Positions 25,800 through 38,871 of a stretch of DNA of 64,000 bases are shown piece by piece. Each line of letters begins with the position of its first letter. Position 1 is the stretch's first letter. The translations under genes were made by a program, and so were the position numbers. The DNA is from the human T2T-CHM13v2.0 reference genome, Homo sapiens, in NCBI RefSeq assembly GCF_009914755.1, contig NC_060929.1; one strand, 5' to 3'. A model generated the notes under the pieces. That model worked only from the letters and a program-made list of their open reading frames with translations. It was not told the DNA's origin and made no database searches.

Positions 25800-26945
25800 T
25801 GCTTAACATATGTGTAACTGGAAACCCCAAAGAAAAGAAAGAATTGAGGGAACAGAGCAATTACTTGAAGAAATGATGGCTAAAGGCCACCCAGCCTTCC
25901 CAGGCCTATTGCAAATACGGCTCTTGTCCCCTGCCAGGTGCTGCCAGCGGTGTTTCTGCTGTCTTACTGCTCTATCCTGTGCAACTAGAAGGTCATCAAA
26001 ATGACCTCGCATCAGACCCATGAAGGGAGTTGGAAATTGCTGCTGTTCATTGTTCTGTGTTGCAGCTAAAGGCCTGGCTGCCCTAGAGCAGCACCTTCTG
26101 AACCATTCACTATTACCTGGTAGCTGGGGGACAGATGGAGGTGGGGTGCAGCCAGGTGGTGGACTATTTGGAGGGAGACACAAAACTGCTTCCAAGAAAT
26201 GACACAGGAACATCTTAACTAACAAAAGCATCAGACAAACTTAACCATGAATGGCCTGAAACCCATTCACCCTCAAGATGCTTTCCTGAGCACCCACTGT
26301 GGGATAAACTTGCTGCAACTGAAGGAAACAGTGTATTGTCTAGCAATTTGGAGCTTCATCTGGAAGGACCCAAATCCTCCTCATAAGAGAGAGAAAGTAC
26401 CTAATAAAGTCTTATTTGCAAAAAAAGAAAAAAGTGATGGATGAAAACTTTCCAAATTTGATGAAAACAATAAACCAATAAAATGCTCAACAAGCGCCAA
26501 TCACAAGAAACATGAAGAAAACCAGACCTAGGCAGATTATAATCAAATTGCTCAAAACCACTGATAGAGATAATCTTAAAAGTAGCCAGATTAAAAACAA
26601 GAAGTTACATAGAGAAAAACAAAAACAAACAAACAAAAAAGGATAACGGCGGATTTCTTATCCAAAACAGGGCAAAACAGAAGACAGTAAAGCAACATCT
26701 TTAAAATAATGAAAGAAAAAATGCTTTAAAAAATACTTGCTTTACAGAAACAAGCCAAGAAAACTAGACCTAGGCAGATTATAATCAAATTGCTCAAAAC
26801 CACTGACAGAGAAAATCTTACAAGTAACCAGATTGAAAAAAAAGAAGTTACATAGAGCAAAGCAAAAAAAAAAGATAACAACGGATTTCTTGTCCAAAAC
26901 AGAAGACAATGAAGCAACATCTTTAAAGTAATGAAACAAATGCTT
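25800..26945 (+). mobile_element. Old L1M ORF1 fragment, interrupted by a retrocopy and partly tandem-duplicated
   Basis: gaagaaatgatggct...aaaactttccaaatttgatgaaa reads as contiguous L1 ORF1 once the insert is removed; 'acctaggcagattataatcaaattgctcaaaacc' occurs twice. Confidence 0.75.
25885..26428 (+). pseudogene. Processed retrocopy of an unidentified polyadenylated transcript
   Basis: About 545 bp of higher-GC sequence that I do not recognise as a repeat, ending AATAAA (26403) + 11 nt + A-tail; degenerate TSD aagaaatgatggctaaa / aaaaagtgatggatgaa. Confidence 0.75.
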
Positions 26946-27457
26946 TAAAAATATGCTTCACAAAAACAAGCCATGGGCCAGATATGGCCTTATAGGCAGT
27001 AGTTTGCCACCTCCGGAATAGAGTGTCAATTTCTTCAGATGGCTATAAACTATTAAAATCTTCACCATCCTATTTGTTTTAAATAAAAACAAAAGCACAA
27101 TTTTTAAAATACATTACCAAGTTTTTGATATTTTAGTTTAAGAGCCATTATGACTTCCTTTGAGACTTTTATCTGTTAACACCAATGCAAGGAACTGTTT
27201 TGAATTAGTGTTTTCCTCATCAAATGAAACGGTTTGCACTGTCCTGCTTTAAATTTAGCTTGCGTCTGCCTACCTTACTCCATTCTGTTATACTGGGTGT
27301 TGTCTATGACAACAAATGTGGTGTCAAAGCACTAAGTACACTACTTAGCTATTTCCAATTGCTTTGAAGTTGCTACATGCTGAGATCAATCATTGGATTT
27401 TCATGACAGATGAAATATTTTTAATGTAAATAAAATTCAATCTTAAGTGATTTAGTG

Positions 27458-27793
27458 TGGCAGTCCCCAACCTTTTGGACACCAGGGACAGGTTCTGTGG
27501 AAAACAATTTTTCCATGGACCCGGGGTGGGGATGGTTTTGGGATGAAACTGTTTCACCTCAAATCATCAGGCATTAGATTCTCATAAGGAGTGCGCAACC
27601 TAGATCCCTCGCATGTGCAGTTCACAATAGGGTTTGTGCTCCTATTAATAATCTAATGCTGCTGCTGATCTAACAGGAGGTGGAGCTCCGGCAGTAACGC
27701 TCACTCCCCTGCTGCTCACTGCCTGCTGTGCAGCCCGGTTCCTAGCAAACCACAGACCTGTACCAGTCCAGGCTCAGGGGCTAGAGACTTCTG
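27458..27793 (+). mobile_element. MER1B hAT MITE
   Basis: 'gtccccaaccttttg...tcatcaggcattagattctcataaggag'; 8-bp TSD-like atttagtg / gtttagcg. Confidence 0.85.
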
Positions 27794-28888
27794 GTTTAGC
27801 GTATGTCTTTATACTTAGAGATTTTGGGGAGTTATTTTGAAAGTTGAATGATCCATCACTGAGTGAGACTGGATATATTAAAAAGAATTACAAGGGGCCA
27901 TGAATAGGTCACTGTATTTAGTAATATCTTTTCACTACTATAAATTGTATCTGTTTGAAAAGACTATAGGAGAATAATTATAAGCAAGTCAATGGCATTA
28001 AGATGATTTAACTATATTTGAGAAGTTCATAAAAATTTTATAACAACCCTCTAGATAATTTAGGACCTATGGTAGTTTGCAAAGTCAGGGTTGAGGTTCA
28101 TAGAAGCTAGTGTGAAACTCTTCTAATGGAAATGTATAATCTAAACATTTTACTTCAGTTTATCATTAGCTTGTCAGGCACCAAACAGATTAACTCGTGA
28201 CAATATAGTTACTGCTATCTAATGATCTAACAGGACTAATAGTTACGATGATTAGTCTGAAAAGATAGATTCCTTACAAAGGTTTGCAAATTTTTAAATA
28301 CTGCCTATTTTCTGGGTACAAACTGATTGCAGACATTTTTTTAAAACCACAATCTTGTTACAAAGCAAAATCTCATATCTAAGTGTATTCATTCAACAAA
28401 TATTAACTGAATGGCTATTATGATCAGGTACTGTTTTAAGTACTGGAAATATAGCAATAAACAAGACAACTCCCTCTCTAATGTATCTAACATAGAAGTG
28501 GAAGAAAACTGATTACAACAACAACAAACTGCATGCACATAATTTAAAAACTGACAGGTGATGATAACTCAACAATGAGTCAAATGTTTGCCTAATGAAG
28601 ATGTTATCCTTCTTAACCCAAACCAAAATGAATCAGCCTTTCTCCCTCCTTCTCCTCCTCAAAGCTTTCTCCTTTATATAATTACCAAGAACCTCCACCT
28701 CCCAGACAGTATTTGACTTCCAGATCAATTAAAACAGTATTAGGGCCATTTTAGACACCAAACTACCATCTAACATTCATGTGGTACAATGCTGCTGAGG
28801 AACTTTTTAACTTGAAATAACAGGTTAAAGTTTCCCTGGTAATAAAATGAGAAATCTCTGCTTTCTTCTTTACCTAGACCAGGGCTAG

Positions 28889-29430
28889 ACCAGGGACTGA
28901 AAAACATTTTCTGTAACTATTTTGACTTTGCAGGCCATAAGTCTCCAATGCAGCTATGCAACTCTAATGTTTTAGATCAGAAAGCAAGTGCAGAAAATGG
29001 ACTTTTCATGTGTATTAAGTCAGTTCAGTATACTATAAAACTAAATAATGGAGACCGAATGGCTTATTAAGCAACAGAAGTTTATATCTCATAGTTCTGC
29101 AGGCTGCAAGTCCAAGATCAGGGTGACAGCATGGTCAGGTCCTGGTTCCTCTTTCAGGTCGCAGACTGCCAATTTCTCACTGTCTCCTCACATGGTGGGG
29201 AAATGGGGCTAGAGAACTCCCTGGGGTCCCTTTTTATAAGGGCACTAATTCCACTTGTGAGGGCTTCACCCTTATGACCTAATTACCTCCCAGAGGCCCA
29301 CCTCCTAATACCAATACGTTACGGGTTAGGATTTTGACATATTAATTTTTGAATGACACAAACATTCAGTTCATTGCACTGTTCCAATAAAACAAACTTG
29401 GCTCTCGAGCTGCAGTCTGTCAACCCTTAG
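28889..29430. mobile_element. MER58A-like MITE split by a MaLR LTR
   Basis: 'cagggactgaaaacattttctgtaa..tttgcaggccata' resumes as 'gttccaataaaac...gtctgtcaaccc' after the LTR. Confidence 0.6.
29011..29378 (-). mobile_element. MST/MLT1A-family MaLR solo LTR
   Basis: 'aagtccaagatcaggg...ttttataagggcactaattcc...tgacctaattacctccc...acacaaacattcagttcattgca'. Confidence 0.8.
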
Positions 29431-29699
29431 AGTGTCACCACTTAAAGTAGTGAGCAAGCTGAGATTGACATGATTTTTATATGGGGGATAGGGTGACTAG
29501 ATATAGAAATAGCAAAAAGAAACTTAAAGAGAGGTTTACCTGTCTCTATTTCTTCCTACTCTGTGTTTCCAATTTTCCTTCTCTAAAACTGTCTACGGAT
29601 AACAGCACTACGTGAAAAGTATCAGGTCAGAAATAAGATGATATTCTCTGAAGCCTTAAAGTTTAGAAAACCATGGCTGTATGAGAGAAAAAAGGAAAA

Positions 29700-29880
29700 A
29701 ATAACCAGACACAGTTGCTCACACCTGTAGTCCCATCTACTCGGGAGGCTGAGGTGGGAGGACTGCTTGAGCCCAGGAGGTTAAGGCTGCAGTGGGCAGT
29801 GATCATGTCACTTGTACTCCAGCTTGGGCAACAGACAGTGCAAGACCCTGTCTCAAAAACAAAACAAAACAAAACAAAAG
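29700..29880 (+). mobile_element. AluJ right arm / FRAM monomer
   Basis: 'ggaggctgaggtgggaggactgcttgagcccaggagg' followed by an (AAAAC)n tail. Confidence 0.85.
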
Positions 29881-30232
29881 GAAAAAATAAATGTGGGTAG
29901 CCTGCTATGATAGGCAACTACTCAAATGGAAGGAAGCAAAATACAAAAGAACTACTAGAATTACAGTGGCTCTTTTCATCATATTGTGTAGACTGTAAAT
30001 ACTACACGTATTCCTGATGAATCTCTCTGGAAGTAATGCAGTAACTGCAGCAATTCCAAATATCCAGTGATTTAATATATTCAATTGTAGAGCTGAATAC
30101 AATTGATTTCAACCATCTTTAATTTGATCTGTCTTCTCCTGTCCTTCCATCGAGGAGTTGCCTATTCTGCTTGTGACACTGTAGATACTCTGTGGTATTG
30201 TTTTTAATAGATGAGTTAAAAATTTAATGGAT

Positions 30233-30536
<304 letters not shown>

Positions 30537-31579
30537 TTACTCTCACATACTAATTACTGAGCATTATTAAGAAAAACAAAATGCAGATTGAGAGAGAAAC
30601 CAAAATGTCAAGAGATTTATTTTCTTGACATTACACTGCCTTATATGTTTTTGGAAGTGAGGACTGTATAAAACTTTAAGTATAGCTGAAAAGGGATGGG
30701 GTTAACACTTAATTACCCCCAAGGAGATAATACATGGCAATTCAAGGATTCTTGCAATTAGGAAAGTATATACTTCAAAAATATTTTCAGAGAAGTTAAT
30801 TTTAGGTGGTAAAAATTACTGATGATTTATTTTTATATCTTGGACTATATTTTACTTCTCTAAATGAGTATAAAAAACATGCACAAAATGAGAGGAACTG
30901 AAAAAAAATGAAGACTTCCTGGCTGTGACTAGATTAAAATAATTAATCTCTCTACATTGCTTTTATAAGTAAAAATGGAAAAAGCAGTTTAAAATAAATA
31001 TAATAAATGTAAGTGTAATGTGTTTTATATGTGCTTCATTATCATGTATTGCATGGCACGTATATAGTATTCACCAGAGTATTATATATTAATGTCACCA
31101 TAAGTTACACATATTTATGTTAAAGTTTATTTTTTAGAGTACTTCTGATGTTACATTATTTTGTAGACATTTTGAAAAATAAAAAAGCCAAAGAAAATGT
31201 TAAAAAATTACTAACACTTCCATCCCGCAGAAGCATTTTTACATATCAGTGTTAAATATTTTTCTAAGTATACAGAACAATAGAAAGCAGTCTTAATTAG
31301 TATAAAGTTAATTATCTGACATAAGTATCTAATCCTCTGCTCATCAAAAGACTATTAAGAAAATGAAAAGACAATCCACAAAATGGGTAAAAAACATTCA
31401 CAGCACAAACATCAGACAAGATTTTAATAACCAATATATGACTATCATCTACAAATCAACAATAAAATAACCCATGTAAAAACAGGTAAAAGATTTAAAT
31501 AGATGTGAAAGCAAAAGAGGATAAGAGGCCAAAAAGTATGAGAAAAGGTGCCTAACATCATTAATTAACAGGAAAATGA

Positions 31580-31988
<409 letters not shown>

Positions 31989-32248
31989 TGGAATTCTTAC
32001 ACACTGTTGGAGGAGCATGAAATATTACAACCACTTTAAAGAACTGTTGGCAACATACATCTGTCAATATTATGATTCTGTAATTTCACTCTCAGTTAGA
32101 AATACATGCCCACAAATATACTTGTACAAGAATATTTATAGCAGCCTTATTCATAACAGCCCCAAAGTGGAAACAACCCAAATGTCCATCAACAGATGGA
32201 TAAACAAATTGTAGTATATCTACATATTGGAATATTAATCAAAAATCA

Positions 32249-32420
<172 letters not shown>

Positions 32421-33119
32421 ATTAATAAGAAAAAAACAAACTACTTATACATACAACATAGATGAATTTCAAAAATGTTAAGAAAAAGAAGCCAGACACA
32501 AGAGTATATATTGTATCATTCTATTTGTATGCAATGCAAATATAAGCAGAAGTAATCTATGATGATAGAAATCAGATAGTGATTGCTGGAAGATAAAGTA
32601 ACCAATTGGAAACAGGCAAGGGGGTTTAGGGAAGGGGATAAAAATATGTTGTATCTTGTTTGGAAGTAGTGGATAATTATTGAATGACACTTAAATGCAT
32701 ACTTAAAATATGTACATTTTATTTTGTGTTAATTACAGCTCAACAAAGATGCATTTAAGTCACTAATCATAAAACACTTTACATATTTAAACACACACAT
32801 ATACAAAGATACATAATACATACACCACCAAGAGAAAACTAACATATAAACCATTATTCACTAATTATTCATTTATTTATTTCTTGGCTCAATTCTCTGT
32901 ATGTGCACATGTACACACACATATGTATATATGTGTGTAAACATTAATATAAAATTGGCTTCAATATATGCTGCTTTATAACTTGCTGCAATAAACTATA
33001 TTGTTATCTTTACCTGTCAATAAATAACACAACACAAAACTGATTTTTAAACAAATCTGAATCCAAGTACCTATAGTAAATTAATGACCAAAAACTGATG
33101 GCATGCACATGCTACTTGG

Positions 33120-33350
33120 GAGTAATGGAAAGGAAAAAAAACCTTTGGAATAAAAAAGAACTGAATTCAAGTCTAGCTCATTCACCCCTAAACCATGTAG
33201 CCTTGGCTAAATCACTTAACTTTATGAGCATCCATTTTCTCTACGTAAAGTGGAAATATTTGCCTACTTTAAAAATGCTTTTGCAAAATGTGAGATATAA
33301 CTTCCTTATTAGCACAGTGCCTAGCCCATAACAGCTACTCAATAAATAAT
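33120..33350 (+). mobile_element. MIR
   Basis: 'ccttggctaaatcacttaactttatgagcatccattttctctacgtaaagtgg...agcacagtgcctagc'. Confidence 0.75.
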
Positions 33351-35977
33351 GACTATAATTAAAAGTTATTTGTTTAGCATAACCAATTTTCACAGAGTAA
33401 TCATGTGAAATTTATACAGCTGGCCCAGGCAAGTGTTTAACACATTAGTCTATTTAAATTAACTTTTATTATATGAGGGTTTTAGTAGTACATTACTTTC
33501 ATGATCCAAGATTAATTCGTTTTTAAAGTAGAAACAATAATGACCTTCCAGAGCTATGTTAATGATCACATTAGATATTCCATATAGAAATATTCAAACC
33601 ATAAAGTGCTACACAAATACTAGAAATTATGACCCTCTTCCTCTTAGTGTGAATTACCTGAAATCATTTAATATGCAGGTAGAATTTGTTTTGCTTATAT
33701 AACATATGACGTACTTTTTGATACATAATTCTATCTAAAACTGTTATTAATGAAACCTCAAACAAATCCTTAAAAAAACTTTTTTCAGTCATGCAAGAGT
33801 AGTAAATTATAATAAATTAAAGGAGTCAGTACAAATTTAATAAAGCCAAATATGCTGATAACTCAACAGGCCACTATGTTGTCATAAGTATATTCTCAGA
33901 ATATATTCCCCAACATCTTACGGTCACTTCAAGGATCCCTCAATTCTTATTCACTATCCCATCACTTACCTAGCCTTTAATTTCCCATCACTCTTACCTA
34001 AACTCTCAGTAGTTTGGATGAGATGTCATTTACTCTAGAGCGTTATCTGTGTAGCTCTGTAATTTCTAATATTTTCACTCTAAAACAGGACAGTAAAAAA
34101 ACAGGTGAACAGTTATATAACATGAACCAAGATTCTATGAAGAGTTTTAAGCTTTATGAGGACAAGGACATCTTGCTTACAATTATCTTCAAATGCCTAC
34201 CACAGTCTCTGCCACACAGTAGGCTTTCAAGAATTATTTTTCTATATTAAATAATAAATATGTGAGTAAACATTTTTTAAGACCAGGTTGTTGTTGCTAA
34301 CAGTACTCAGGAGGAGGAGGGTCCAACCAACATTTACTAAGCATGAAGTATATGTCTGGTCATGTACCAATTCCAGTAAGTATTGCTAATTATCCCTTCC
34401 AATTGCCCTGTGAAGCAAAACACCAAGAGGACAGAGAAGAAGGAAAAAGAAACAACTACAAAAGGAGTATGTGAAAGGAGGGTGATATGCATATAACGGC
34501 TATCAGGCAGCATGAACCTAACAAAGCTTTAGTTCCTGTCATTATCTCTTCTTCTAGGCTTCATACAAGGTTTTTCACACTCATGAGCTCCTTCTAATTA
34601 AAATCACTTATAAAATGTTTTCTTGAAGGGCTGGAGGCTGACTAGAATCTTGAAGCAAATGTCTAAATATATTTCCATTTATCATCTATAACTGTTCAGA
34701 AACAATGATTATTACAGTTAATGACTGACCAGGTTTGTTGATAACCGCCTTAAAGAGGCACTGAAAAGAAAAGGCAGTTAAGCAAACTCTGAGTAATTAC
34801 TGGTCCTTTAAATTCTTTTCCACCTTAAGGGAAAATTTATCCTTAAAAGTTATCTTTGACATTTTCCTCTCCCTGATCTCTCACCTTCAACTGGCCAGCA
34901 AAGTGCTATTTACTCCTCTCTAAAGTTTCTGACATCTTTTCCTTTTTTTAAATTCTATCAACCACAGCCACATTTCAATTGTGCTCTTCTAACTCATACC
35001 TAAATTATGGCAAAAGCTGCACAATGAATTAATTCCCTGTGCTTATATTGCCTCTCTTTCTTCTAATCCAATCTCCAAGCCACCATGAGATTAACTGTAC
35101 AAATCTAACTTTTATCATTTTATCTACCTTCCTGAAAATTTCAAAGAGAAACTGGGACTGGGAGTAGAGCTGAACAATGCATTCTATGATGTATTTGTGA
35201 ATACACATAAACAAATACTACAATATATCCAACTAGAAAAGTTGGATACATATGCGACTTCAACAGTAGAACAAAATTAAACAATTACACAAATCTGATA
35301 TGGAATTATGTCTTTAATATCATCTATGATTATTGTGAGCAGATATGACTAAAAGCATACGAAGATTACTGTAGTTAGCATTACTTTTGCAAAAGCCAGA
35401 AGCAAAACTATCTCCACTAGCGAAGACACTGGGAGTCCATCTTCTCACCTTTATCCACAGGTACAAAAGGTGAGAAAAGCATTGCTTCAAACAATCTAAC
35501 ATTTCCTGAAATTCTAACAATTATTAATTTCAAAAAGTTATATAATTTAGTAGAGAAAGGCTGTATCCCAAGGATAGCATCTTCTGAGGGCCTCTAGTTT
35601 ATGATAAAATAACTATGCAGAGGAAGTCAAAATTTGCCAAGAGAACCTATTCCATCTTTGGATAGAAAAATAGAACATTTTTTCTTTACTGATGCCAAAA
35701 TCTGCCCCTTTGTAATTTTTGTCTATTTGTTCTGGTGTAACCATCTGGAATGCAGAGAACAAGTATTATCTTCCGTTTACATACTTGAAATAACCATGTT
35801 TCCTCTCAAGCAACTGAAGCACATAATAATCTTTTGATCATTGGTATATTTTAAATATAAATACAATGGCAAAAATAGTAAAGAAAAACCTGTCAATCAA
35901 TTACAATGGCAAGTCAATCAGTTTAACTGGATTATAATGTTCCTAAAATGTTAAGTTTATCATACTAAAAACTGAAC

Positions 35978-36240
35978 ATGGACTTCATTTCTGGTTCCAC
36001 ACAACAGGAGCCTGGAAGTCATCACATCATGCTAACAACAAGTAAAAACCTGAACAAACTGAAAAATCAACAACTCTTCTTGAATTTGTAAGAGAACTGA
36101 GGACACAGGGCAAGCCACTACCCCCAAGATCATAAAGACAGACACAAGAATACAGGGAGTCACACATTAGAAAAGAGGTTCATGAGCAGAAACTGCTGGG
36201 AGAACCAGTGCCTAGGTAGGAAAACTGAAGTGCAATTAAC
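35978..36240 (+). mobile_element. L1M 5'-end fragment
   Basis: 'ggacttcatttctgg...aacaagtaaaaacctgaacaaactgaaaaatcaacaactcttc' resembles old L1M 5' UTR starts. Confidence 0.55.
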
Positions 36241-36641
36241 CAACTGAATGTTTCATAGCTGTTTCAGAAAAACGACAAACCATGAAGCACTTCTTGAGAG
36301 GCAATGATACGGACAGAGACAGAGCAACATGGACAGCAAGATGGCACTAGGTCCCTTTAACCTGGCATGCCGTTTATTTCTCAACCCAACTTGGGGAACA
36401 ACTTTGTCATTCTTTAGAAGTCTAGCTCAGACTAGATTAGTAAAGGTTTTTCCTAACCTACAAGCCCCCTTCTCTATACTCATGATACATTCTTCATACT
36501 AACATTACAGCACATATAACACATATATCTGATTTGTCAGGGTTCCAATTTACAGTTGGTGTACCACTGTAATTATTAATACCATCTATTTTCACTTCCC
36601 AAAGTATCCCAGGTTGTATTATAAATAACAACTATAAATAA

Positions 36642-37068
<427 letters not shown>

Positions 37069-37167
37069 CACCAGTGTCCTACTTTTATAATAATGATGGC
37101 AGAAAGAGTTATGGCAATTTCTGCTGATTTGTAACATATTAAAATTGTCTTCCCTAAAGATGGGAAA

Positions 37168-37360
37168 AAGAGACACCGGGGACTAGTAGTCAGGGGAGGA
37201 GGAAAGAGGACTGAGCACTGAAAAGCAACCTATTGGGTACCATGCACACTACCTCGGTAATGGGATCATTTGTACACTGAACCTCAGCAACATGCAACTT
37301 AACCATATAACAAACCTGCACATGTACCACCGAAACTAAAGGTTGAAAAACAAACAAATA
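37168..37360 (+). mobile_element. L1PA/L1PB (older primate) 3' UTR fragment
   Basis: 'cctattgggtac...aacctcagcaacatgcaa...aacaaacctgcacatgtacc'. Confidence 0.75.
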
Positions 37361-38871
37361 ACTATATGTTTTTAACAATAAATAAATAAATTTTTCTCTC
37401 AAGGACTCTGGGATTCAGATCTATTTTCCTCCCCCTTCAATTCTGAATTATAAACTTACTTCATTTTATACTTTCCTCTTTCTGTGTACACAAAAACATC
37501 TGCCTTTCTTTAATTCCAAACAATTGCTCACTTTGAATGATTTCAAGGAGAAAAGGTTATAATTAACGGAAGAAAAAAAAGTCCTTGCTGACAGTTTATC
37601 ATTCTGTACCTTTGGATAAGTTAAACAAGTGACATCTACCAGGCCACTTCTGCGATTGTCTTAAAATTCTATTAAAAGCCATGTCTTTAATTGGTTTATT
37701 GTCAGCATATTATTATATACTGTAACTGTCAAATATAGATGAGGATCAATCTAGGTATAGAACACTAACAGAAAGTGAGCTAGATGTAGTTAATAATCCA
37801 TTTGAACAGAGCATCTATTAAAAGTTGTATAATTTTGGGGGTGGAGCCAAGATGGCCGAATAGGAATGGCTCCAGTCTACAGCTCCCAGCATGAGCAATG
37901 CAGAAGATGGGTGATTTCTGCATTTCCAACTGAGGTAACGGGTTCATCTCACTGGGGAGTGCCGGACAGCGGATGCAGGACAGTGGGTGCAGCGCACCGT
38001 GCATGAGCCAAAGCAGGGCGAGGCATCTCCTCACCCGGGAAGTGCAAGGGGTCAGGGAATTCCCTTTCCTAGTCAAAGAAAGGGGTGACAGATGGCACCT
38101 GGAAAATCGGGTCACTCACACCCTAATACTGCGCTGTTCCAATGGGCTTAACAAACGGCACACCAGGAGATTATATCCCACACCTGGCTCAGCGGGTCCT
38201 ACGCCCACAGAGCCTCACTCATTGCTAGCACAGCAGTCTGAGATCAAACTGCAAGGCAGCAGCGAGGCTGGGGGAGGGGCGCCCGCCATTGCTGAGGCTT
38301 GAGGAGGTAAACAAAGCAGCCCAGAAGCTCGAACTGGGTGGAGCCCACCGCAGCTCAAGGAGGCCTGCCTGCCTCTGTAGGCTCCACCTCTGGGGGCAGG
38401 GCACAGACAAACAAAAGGCAGCAGTAACCTCTGCAGACTTAAATGTCCCTATCTGACAGCTTTGAAGAGAGCAGTGGTTCTCCCAGCACGCAGCTGGAGA
38501 TCTGAGAACGGGCAGACTGCCTCCTCAAGTGGGTCCCTGACCCCTGACCCCTGAGCAGCCTAACTGGGAGGCACCCTCCAGCAGGGGCACACTGACACCT
38601 CACACGGCCAGGTACCCCTCTGAGACAAAACTTCCAGAGGAACAATCAGGCAGCAGCATTTGTGGTTCACCAATATCCACTGTTCTGCAGCCACCACTGC
38701 TGATACCCAGGCAAACAGGGTCTGGAGTGGACCTCGGGCGAACTCCAACAGACCTGCAGCTGAGGGTCCTGACTGTTAGAAGGAAAACTAACAAACAGAA
38801 AGGACATCCACACCAAAAACCCATCTGTACGTCACCATCATCAAAGACCTAAGGTAGATAAAACCACAAAG

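Noticed and set aside
26295-26325. Peptide LWDKLAATEG in the retrocopy resembling mitoregulin LQDKLAATQK
   Set aside because: Only six identical consecutive residues and the flanks do not match; likely chance, so no parent gene was assigned.
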